Positions 8,589 through 14,990 of a stretch of 14,990 nucleotides of DNA are shown here, one piece after another. The DNA is from Pseudothermotoga sp. Lineage in GTDB: Bacteria; Thermotogota; Thermotogae; Thermotogales; DSM-5069. The stretch spans positions 1 to 14,990 of the forward strand of contig JBEPZZ010000039.1 of NCBI GenBank assembly GCA_041640575.1. The letters are read 5' to 3'. Under the pieces are notes generated by a model. It saw only the letters and a list, made by a program, of their open reading frames with translations, ran no database searches and had not been told where the DNA came from. The number at the start of each line of letters is the position of its first letter. The stretch's first letter is position 1. A program made the translations under genes and the position numbers.

Positions 8589-8758
8589 ACATAGGTTGCG
8601 ATGTGTGTAGAGCCAAATTGTTAATGATTAATTTGCTATTTGAATCAAACCCTTGGCTCTTTCTGCAAGGTATACAAACGAAGTCTTTCTAACTTTCACC
8701 ATTCTTTGGCGAATTCTTCTTTCAGTTAGGCTCTAAGTTTGACACATCGTACCTATGT
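8589..8758 (+). other. Long imperfect inverted repeat (~29 bp paired) enclosing ~100 nt; candidate structured RNA or MITE remnant
   Basis: 8589-8620 ACATAGGT-T-GCGATGTGT-G-TAGAGCC-A-AATTG pairs with 8723-8758 CAGTT-A-GGCTCTA-AGTTTG-ACACATCGT-ACCTATGT. Confidence 0.5.
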
Positions 8759-9035
8759 TTAGCAACTTTTGCATGTTCTTGGTGCAGTCGAGAAAGCAGA
8801 TAGATATGACATAGTTTTTCAAAAGCCAAACCTTTTTGCAAAACTAAGCCTCGGCGAGGTAAATGTACAAACTCTTGGTGAAACAAACTAGCTTTCTTTG
8901 AGCTCACATAAGTCTTAGGCTTTCGTTGATCTCAACTTATCAAAACCATGAATATATTATTCTTTGACAAGATGTTGATTCTTAGCGCTGTTTTTACTAC
9001 TGCTAACTGCAGTTAACGACCTTTTCTCGCAAAAA

Positions 9036-9416
9036 TCACTTATCTTCCCAACTACTGTGATGCCCACCACCGTGTTCATTGTGTTCTTCAAAAATTTTAC
9101 GACGATCGACGATGTTTCCTTTAAGATACTCTTCTATCACTTCACCCACTTGACCGAACACGTCAGTTATGGTTTTTATGTTGTGATGTGCAAACAACTC
9201 TTTGGCTCTTTGACCCATGCCACCGGCTATAGCGCAATCAACTTTTAACTTTGCTAAGTACACGGGCAGAAATCCCGGTTTGTGACCAGGATTTTCAATA
9301 ACCGATTTCTCGATTATCCTGTGTTCTTTTTCATCTACATCGTATATGATGTAGCTAGAACAATGACCAAAATGATGCGAAACCATATTCCCATCAGTAG
9401 TTATAGCTATCTTCAT
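9036..9416 (-). CDS. NifB/NifX (dinitrogenase FeMo-cofactor biosynthesis domain) family metal-cluster-binding protein with His-rich tail
   Basis: MKIAI...VSHHFGHC...IENPGHKPGFLP...IAGGMGQRA...F...I...G.V.E.I..YLKG signature. AGGAGGAG upstream of ATG 9416. Confidence 0.88.
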   Translation of the reverse strand: MKIAITTDGNMVSHHFGHCSSYIIYDVDEKEHRIIEKSVIENPGHKPGFLPVYLAKLKVDCAIAGGMGQRAKELFAHHNIKTITDVFGQVGEVIEEYLKGNIVDRRKIFEEHNEHGGGHHSSWEDK

Positions 9417-9690
9417 AGAAAAACTCCTCCTATTTAATCTTTCTTTGGACAAACCTACCTAGTTTACCAACAACCTATTTTTAACAATCTGATTCTCTAC
9501 AAAATTATTGTCAGAGGCTGCATTATCGATCATCCAAACTGATTAAGTCAAAATTCACGCCGTTTGCTGCAATGAAATAACAATCGTTTGTGTAGAAAAT
9601 AAACTATTTGGTGTTTGCGCGTTGAACGATTTGCTATAGCCGTTCTACGAGGATCATAAAGAGCATATTATTATTATTGGAGATGCTTTG

Positions 9691-10056
9691 CTAGTCTTTT
9701 TGATCTTTCTCCTCAAGGCTTTCTTTTTTTATGCCTTTAAGTTTTTCCAACCTTTCTTCTACCATCCTTAATTCTTCCTTCAGCAATCTAGCCCTCTGAG
9801 AAAGAATTTCAGCTTCGTACTTTTGTGCATCTTCAGCAGCAAGATCCCAGCGGTAAAACCATCTTGGCCAAAAGGGTGGTTCAGTTCCATAGTGCCAATG
9901 TCTCCAAACCCCACCAGTTTCTAAAGATCGATAACAGAAGCTTCGATTCCAGATCCACCTCCACAAAGGATACAAAAAGCCTGATTTGCAAAAGCCTGTT
10001 GCCCAGCCAGTTTTTGCTCCATACCCAAATGGACCTGTTCCATCGCCTCTTGGCAT
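9691..10056 (-). CDS. DUF5320-family protein (MPRGDGTGP N-terminus, C-terminal coiled coil)
   Basis: Starts MPRGDGTGPFG..TG...GFC and ends in the coiled coil EAEILSQRARLLKEELRMVEERLEKL. GGAGGTGA just upstream of ATG 10056. Typical neighbour of DUF134 and NifB/NifX genes. Confidence 0.8.
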   Translation of the reverse strand: MPRGDGTGPFGYGAKTGWATGFCKSGFLYPLWRWIWNRSFCYRSLETGGVWRHWHYGTEPPFWPRWFYRWDLAAEDAQKYEAEILSQRARLLKEELRMVEERLEKLKGIKKESLEEKDQKD

Positions 10057-10139
10057 TTTTTCACCTCCCTTGAACATTTCATCCTTTTTATGTGTCAATA
10101 CTTTTTGTTGTTACGATGAAAGATGAATTTATATTTTGC

Positions 10140-10163
10140 TTTCTTGCTCAATTGCGCAAGAAA
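10140..10163. repeat. 24-bp near-perfect palindrome TTTCTTGC-T-CAATTG-C-GCAAGAAA
   Basis: 11 of 12 pairs are complementary with no spacer; it lies 84-107 bp upstream of the DUF5320 start. Confidence 0.7.
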
Positions 10164-10449
10164 ACTGGACAAATTGTAGTTTGTCGATACAAATCTAAAT
10201 ATCGAATTTGAGTCTGCTTTGTAGCCTGCTTTTTTACAATTCTTGCCGTATTTCTCTCTCCTCTCACTGCATTCGTGCTAAACCAAATATCCGCTTCTTT
10301 CAGCTCACGCCTGTAATACTGTCATTTTTTAAGTTTCTTCAGTACCCTCTAGTTCTGTAAGACAAGAAAGTATATAGTAGAACCAATATCTTCTAGCAAA
10401 TTTAACCTTAGTGATTAAAAGAACCATCTTGCTGGTTGCCTTGACACCA

Positions 10450-10761
10450 TCACCATCTATTCCTGCCTGGTGAAAACTGATATTTCCCTCCTTCTATCCT
10501 TATTGCTTTTGCTTTTATAAGAGCATCCGCTATTTTACTGCGAGCCGAATTTATTATTCGGCAGAATGTAGGCCTTGAAATGCCCATCCTTTCGGCACAT
10601 TCCTCCTGCTCAAGACCTTCCAAATCTTTTAACCGAATGGCCTCCAATTCTTCCACGGTTAGAATAATTTCTTCCAGCTGTTTGAGCTGCACTCCTGCAG
10701 GCTTAAAATATGTTATTTCTGGCAAAAACTCCACTCTTCGCCATTTTGGTGGTCTCGGCAT
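10450..10761 (-). CDS. DUF134 (UPF0251) predicted HTH DNA-binding protein, 103 aa
   Basis: [10 protein letters not shown]...YFKPAG...[33 protein letters not shown]...ARSKIADAL...AIRIEGG. GAGGGG upstream of ATG 10761. The ORF-track start 10812 lies inside the promoter. Confidence 0.9.
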   Translation of the reverse strand: MPRPPKWRRVEFLPEITYFKPAGVQLKQLEEIILTVEELEAIRLKDLEGLEQEECAERMGISRPTFCRIINSARSKIADALIKAKAIRIEGGKYQFSPGRNRW

Positions 10762-10777
10762 TCTTCCCCTCTTTCTA

Positions 10778-10799
10778 GTTATGGTCATATGTTCATAAC
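10778..10799. promoter_or_regulatory. Palindromic candidate operator GTTATG-gt-CATATG-tt-CATAAC
   Basis: 22-bp inverted repeat (9 of 11 pairs) between the predicted transcription start (~10804) and the RBS of the DUF134 gene. Confidence 0.65.
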
Positions 10800-10810
10800 G
10801 GTTCAATTCC

Positions 10811-10839
10811 ATTATAGTATCATTATGAAATTATGTCAA
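10811..10839 (-). promoter_or_regulatory. Perfect consensus sigma70 promoter of the DUF134 gene
   Basis: Minus strand: TTGACA (10839-10834), 17-bp spacer, TATAAT (10816-10811). Confidence 0.88.
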
Positions 10840-10897
10840 TAACTAATCAAAAAATTCTGGCAAGAAAGTTTTGCTGGTGGATGACCCTAGTCTTGCA

Positions 10898-10939
10898 AAT
10901 AACAAAACCCCGGGTTCTTATCAGAATTTCCCGGGGTTT
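10898..10939 (-). terminator. GC-rich hairpin, probable intrinsic terminator (possibly bidirectional)
   Basis: 10-bp stem AAACCCCGGG (10905-10914) / CCCGGGGTTT (10930-10939) with an inner TTCT/AGAA stem. U-rich run (TTTTGTTATTT) on the minus strand. Confidence 0.6.
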
Positions 10940-11163
10940 AATTTATAGGATATAACCTACTTTTTTGAAGTTTTTGTTTAACTTTTTAGCCAATGTTTTT
11001 ATATCTTACCAGAACGGGTTTTCTATGCGAAAACCAACACTTACTCATATAGTTTGATTTACCTTAAAGAAAGACCTTTAGTTGCGCTTACCTGCGTGAT
11101 GCTGTCATCTTTGTATTTCAAGAATCTAAAACAAAAGGTGCACAGCTTATTTTGTTGTTCTAT

Positions 11164-12618
11164 CTAATTAGCAAGTATTTTTATGAAATTGTACCATGCA
11201 TTTTCTGAAAACTCTAATGTTTCATAGTGCTGCTTGTATTTTGATAGTTGAGATGAGCTTTTCGTGAAAAATATACTAATTGGATCATCGATTTGTCTGA
11301 TACTTTGGCCTATTTTTCTTTCCGCGTAATGATAGACAACAAAATCCTCTATCAATCTCACAGATTGATTCGCTTGTTCACCGATTACACCAGCTTGAAA
11401 ATACTCTTTCCAGATACTACATAGTCCTTTTAAGTCGTAGAGGAGACTGTCATTGTAGTAGCTCAACACAGAAGAATAATCTAGGTCTTTAACCTCTGTA
11501 ATGTTATCTACTAATGAATAAGCTAGGTTATCCAAAGAATTGGATAATTCGTCAGCTATCTCAAAATCATAAACGGCAAGGCTTAGGCCAATCAAAAGAT
11601 AAGTCTGATAAAAACTGTTGCTTTGAGCATATGCTTTATAGTAATCAACCACCAATTTTGAAAATTCGTAACCATCTGTTGACGATGAGATTTCTCCTAG
11701 AAATTTGTAATTCCACCCGTATGATGGCTCAGTAAAACTAGATGCTACACCATACTTTGCTATATGTCTCACTTCATATAGAACCTCAAAAGATCCCATG
11801 TAGCAAGCATCAAAACCTACTACATCAAATTTTTCTAACCCAGCACGCGGCAAAACACTTTTTACTGCCGCAGCAAGCTCCGATATTGTGAGAGCATTGC
11901 CAGACGAATAGTCATAGGAGATTGCCTGTGTTGAATAGTTTTGATTGGCATCGTCTAACCACGCATTTCCATGATTCCAGATTATTAGAGAGTACTTGTC
12001 TGCAGTAAACAACTCTAAGTACTTGTCCAACCATTCTTCAAGAAAAATCCCAGATCCCGAGTCAATATCGTTATCAAAGTATTCAACTCGCTCCAGATCT
12101 CCTTTGCTGGAAAGAACATAAACAGCATCTTGGTTGCTTTCATAAGCATCCAGCATGATTACAGCCGAGAAATTGCGGTTGTTACCAACTGATCTCACTT
12201 CTTCTAGATCTTCTAGCGCATAACGGTATAAATCGTTGTCCGCACCAAGCCAAAGCAGAACAAGCCATGTTGGCTTATCAAAAAACAATTCGACACTTAC
12301 ATTGAAACTTGAATCAGAGACTACACTTACAGAAGCAGTCTGTTTTCCAAGTAACTCTTTTGTGGCAAGTACGCTGAAGGTAGCCTTACCGTACTTATCT
12401 GTCTTAGCGTAATAAGTGTTGGCTCCCAGTTGCATTTGAACCTGTTGATCTGACAAGGGAAGTCCATATTCGTCTCTGAAAACAAATGTCAGATAATTTA
12501 TTCGCCCAATAGTGCAAGTAGTGTTACTCTCAAGGTAAATACTTCTTCTAGGAATTGTACAGGTATTTAGCAGTAGAAAAACAATTGTTATCAGCGATAT
12601 GATTTTAGCTGCCTTCAA
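11164..12618 (-). CDS. Clostripain-family (peptidase C11) cysteine peptidase, exported, with an N-terminal Ig-like domain
   Basis: Motifs WLGADNDL, LIIWNHGNAW (catalytic His), GFDACYMGSFEVLYE (catalytic Cys) and ASSFTEP. Hydrophobic signal MKAAKIISLITIVFLLLNTC. GGAGG at 12626-12630 is 7 nt before TTG 12618. Confidence 0.85.
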   Translation of the reverse strand: MKAAKIISLITIVFLLLNTCTIPRRSIYLESNTTCTIGRINYLTFVFRDEYGLPLSDQQVQMQLGANTYYAKTDKYGKATFSVLATKELLGKQTASVSVVSDSSFNVSVELFFDKPTWLVLLWLGADNDLYRYALEDLEEVRSVGNNRNFSAVIMLDAYESNQDAVYVLSSKGDLERVEYFDNDIDSGSGIFLEEWLDKYLELFTADKYSLIIWNHGNAWLDDANQNYSTQAISYDYSSGNALTISELAAAVKSVLPRAGLEKFDVVGFDACYMGSFEVLYEVRHIAKYGVASSFTEPSYGWNYKFLGEISSSTDGYEFSKLVVDYYKAYAQSNSFYQTYLLIGLSLAVYDFEIADELSNSLDNLAYSLVDNITEVKDLDYSSVLSYYNDSLLYDLKGLCSIWKEYFQAGVIGEQANQSVRLIEDFVVYHYAERKIGQSIRQIDDPISIFFTKSSSQLSKYKQHYETLEFSENAWYNFIKILAN

Positions 12619-12645
12619 AAGAAAACCTCCAAGGTAAGAATACCA

Positions 12646-12678
12646 CAAAAAGTGAACCGCACTTTTTAAGTGCGGTTC
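12646..12678 (-). terminator. Intrinsic terminator downstream of the MCP gene
   Basis: 11-bp stem GAACCGCACTT (12654-12664) / AAGTGCGGTTC (12668-12678), followed by ACTTTTTG on the minus strand. Confidence 0.8.
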
Positions 12679-12705
12679 GTAATTGTTTTCATGTGATCAG
12701 GCTTT

Positions 12706-14688
12706 TCACGTCCTAAACTTTGCTACCATTGAAGACAATGATTGTGACAAATTTGTCAGTTCTCGACCTATTTCTTGAAGCTTTTCAGCTTGTTTCAACT
12801 GTTCGTCAATGAGATACTGGACATTTGATAAATCCTTGGTCATTTCCTCGACAGAATAAGTAAGATGCTTCATAGCTGCCGCCATTTCTTCAGACGATGC
12901 TCCTTGCTCTTGTGCTATTGCTGCTGAATTCTCAACATGCGAACTCATGTTCTGCACCTTTGAAAGTATTGATTCAAATTGCATAGTAATCATTTTCCGA
13001 TTTTCAAACATCTCGTCCACGACTTTGAAAACTTCCTTGGACTCGTTTTCAACATTTGCAACACTATCCCTGAGTGAGCCTAGGATCTTTGAAATGTTTT
13101 TTGTAGCCTCTTGGGTTTGTTCGGCGAGTTTCCTTATTTCATCAGCAACAACTGCAAAACCTCGTCCAGCCTCTCCTGCTCTTGCAGCCTCTATCGCGGC
13201 GTTCAAGGCTAGAAGATTTGTTTGTTCAGCTATGGATTCGATTGTGTTTACAACAGTCCCAATTATATTTGTTGATTCAAGCAGTTCCCTCAAGCTATGG
13301 GCTTGCTTTTCCGTGAATTCTTTTAATTGCTGAATGTTTTTTGCAATCGTTTCAACTGTCCTTGTGCCTTCATTTGCAGCTAGACTTACATCTTTGGATT
13401 GTGCTGCTAGCTCTTCCATGGCCTTTGCAGTTCCTGCCGCTCCGTTGGCAACCTGATCAACTTGTTCCAAGCTTGTTCGAATTGACTCAGAAATTCTTTT
13501 TGCAGCCTCCAGGATATTTTGTGATGCTTTTTGCGCATTCTGCACGGCACTCTGATTTTCATCCACTAGAAGATCAAAAGTTCTTGCAATCTGTCCCAGT
13601 TCGTTTGAACTGCGAATGATATTGTTAATGATTTCCTTCAAAGAGTTCGCTGTTTCATTTAATGCTTCCTCCATGTGGGATAATTCGTCATTTCCCATCT
13701 TTTCGAATACTGTTGTTAGATCACCATTTCCAAAGCTAATGACCTTTGCGACATCTTTGCGTATTCGTCTAACAATTGGTAATGTTGTAAAGAACAATAA
13801 CAGTAGAACCGCGCCGGCCATTGTGCTGTAGATGATTATTGTAGTTCTTGCCAAAACATTCCTTTCTTGCAGAAGCTCTTGCATATCTGCTATTGAAATC
13901 ACGTAGAAATCAAAACCAGGAACTTTTGCCCATATTGCGAGTTTTTGATGTCCTGCATCACTGTATTCCAAATAATTCGTCTTTGACTCTTTTAAAGCCT
14001 GAAACGGCTTTGCCAATTCCGAAATTTGACTTGCATTCTGACGAAAGTTTTTCATATCCTGGTGCAATATCACATTTCCATCAGAATCGATGAGAATGAC
14101 ATAACCCTTCGTACCAAGTTTTCCCTCTTCGATAACAGTTTTCCACAAATCTGCTTGATCACTTAGACTCAAATTAACACCTAGAATTCCCATCACAGTT
14201 TCCCAGGCGGTGATTGGTGAAATAATTCTTAGAACGGGGACTGAATCTTGATAGGTAAGCTCAAAGCGAGTCGAAATATCTCCAGCACGCGCTCTTTCAA
14301 CATATGACTCATAAAGAGAATAATCAACTTTTTCGGTTCTCTCAGTTTCTTGGCTTACAAACCCTGTCGATTTATTGAAATAACTTGCTGCAAAGCCGGA
14401 ATGAATACTTTCAGGATACTTGATTAAGGTCTTTCGAAAATTCATAGCTATCAGGTATGCATCCGCATATGATGCACCAAGATAGCTTGCTGATAGTTCT
14501 GTGATTTCCTTCATTTTCGAAAGTTTTTCGGACATATACTGTGCAAGTGCCTTGGTACTATTTTGAGTCCCTTGGATGATGGAATGCGTTATCGCCGAGG
14601 TCGATGCCCGATAAACAAAGATAAAACTTACCACAAAACCAATAATGACAAGTGCGATAATTAGGATAATCTTAGCCTTTATAGTCAT
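12706..14688 (-). CDS. Methyl-accepting chemotaxis protein (2 TM, Cache-type periplasmic sensor, HAMP, signalling domain), 660 aa
   Basis: Hairpin tip [46 protein letters not shown]...NDEL, Cache [20 protein letters not shown] at 14696-14700 is 7 nt before ATG 14688. Confidence 0.95.
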   Translation of the reverse strand: MTIKAKIILIIALVIIGFVVSFIFVYRASTSAITHSIIQGTQNSTKALAQYMSEKLSKMKEITELSASYLGASYADAYLIAMNFRKTLIKYPESIHSGFAASYFNKSTGFVSQETERTEKVDYSLYESYVERARAGDISTRFELTYQDSVPVLRIISPITAWETVMGILGVNLSLSDQADLWKTVIEEGKLGTKGYVILIDSDGNVILHQDMKNFRQNASQISELAKPFQALKESKTNYLEYSDAGHQKLAIWAKVPGFDFYVISIADMQELLQERNVLARTTIIIYSTMAGAVLLLLFFTTLPIVRRIRKDVAKVISFGNGDLTTVFEKMGNDELSHMEEALNETANSLKEIINNIIRSSNELGQIARTFDLLVDENQSAVQNAQKASQNILEAAKRISESIRTSLEQVDQVANGAAGTAKAMEELAAQSKDVSLAANEGTRTVETIAKNIQQLKEFTEKQAHSLRELLESTNIIGTVVNTIESIAEQTNLLALNAAIEAARAGEAGRGFAVVADEIRKLAEQTQEATKNISKILGSLRDSVANVENESKEVFKVVDEMFENRKMITMQFESILSKVQNMSSHVENSAAIAQEQGASSEEMAAAMKHLTYSVEEMTKDLSNVQYLIDEQLKQAEKLQEIGRELTNLSQSLSSMVAKFRT

Positions 14689-14719
14689 TGATATTCCTCC
14701 TTTCAAAAAGCACAAAAAA

Positions 14720-14748
14720 ATTTTATCATGCTCGCGTCATCTCATCAA
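14720..14748 (-). promoter_or_regulatory. Candidate sigma70-type promoter of the MCP gene
   Basis: Minus strand: TTGATG (14748-14743), 17-bp spacer, TAAAAT (14725-14720) with an extended -10 TG. Confidence 0.55.
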
Positions 14749-14990
14749 GTTTGAACTATCATTAAGTGCGGATGCGTTAGAATGAAATTAATGTTTTTGC
14801 CTATCAGAAATAACAAAAATAACCAATTAAAGATTTATTTATACGACATGTGAGTATCACTATGACCATAAACTGAGAAGAGACAGAATATTGATTTTTT
14901 CGTATAAATTGAATTTTGTTTTTGGATAACAATATCATGTGTAAAATCATTTTACGAATTCATGAATCAATTGTTGCGTAAGCTGATTCT

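Noticed and set aside
8722..8907. 61-aa minus-strand ORF in the intergenic gap
   Set aside because: GTG start with no SD and no recognisable domain. It overlaps the right arm of the long inverted repeat.
9004..9015. 12-bp palindrome TAACTGCAGTTA as a terminator of the NifB/NifX gene
   Set aside because: Weak AT-rich stem with no U-tract; not supportable.
9036..9416. Nitrogen fixation gene
   Set aside because: Stand-alone NifB/NifX-domain proteins are common in non-diazotrophs, and there is no nifHDK or radical-SAM NifB domain in the window.
10408..10452. TGA read-through (selenocysteine or a lost Cys) at the DUF134 stop, giving RW*WCQG...
   Set aside because: Only 13 further codons follow before TAA. 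There is no CxxC ribbon and no convincing SECIS-like hairpin.
10809..10828. Fur box overlapping the DUF134 promoter (ATAATGATA half match)
   Set aside because: Only half of the 19-bp consensus matches, in very AT-rich DNA.
26..14093. Short ORF-track entries overlapping the main genes (e.g. 26-283, 681-887, 1348-1659, 2479-2952, 3160-4068, 8012-8206, 9057-9248, 9825-10073, 10580-10798, 11514-11735, 12947-14093)
   Set aside because: They are antisense or alternate-frame shadows of well-supported genes, with no recognisable motifs.
12666..14771. 10-bp direct repeat TTAAGTGCGG flanking the MCP gene (12666-12675 and 14762-14771) as an insertion scar
   Set aside because: One copy is part of the terminator stem, there is no mobility gene, and a 10-mer match is compatible with chance.
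14700..14990. c-di-GMP riboswitch or sigma28 promoter upstream of the MCP gene
   Set aside because: No GEMM-type conserved motifs and no TAAA-N15-GCCGATAA were seen. A sigma70-like promoter fits better.

Overview
AT-rich bacterial chromosomal window. Gene content and style suggest an anaerobe, possibly Thermotogota (inference only). In order: the 3' part of a prephenate dehydratase gene that is open from the left edge, and prephenate dehydrogenase (+); a GlmS-like SIS sugar-phosphate isomerase/deaminase and a MATE transporter (-); a Fur-family regulator (+); a nitrosative-stress module with hybrid cluster protein hcp and a 2x[4Fe-4S] FrdX-like protein (-), divergent from a Crp/Fnr HcpR-type regulator (+), with a perfect GTAAC-N4-GTTAC box at -41.5; a loosely spaced DUF134 / DUF5320 / NifB-NifX trio (-); a clostripain-family peptidase and a methyl-accepting chemotaxis protein (-). 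Many ORF-track starts were corrected using Shine-Dalgarno sites. The most interesting signals are non-coding: a candidate DUF134 operator just downstream of a perfect sigma70 promoter, with related tandem sites upstream of hcpR; an unannotated ~170-nt long-range hairpin at 8589-8758; a Shine-Dalgarno separated from the MATE start codon by a hairpin; and a recurring TTCTTRYCAGAA intergenic motif. The dehydratase also has substitutions in three hallmark motifs. No mobile element, CRISPR array, rRNA or tRNA was seen.
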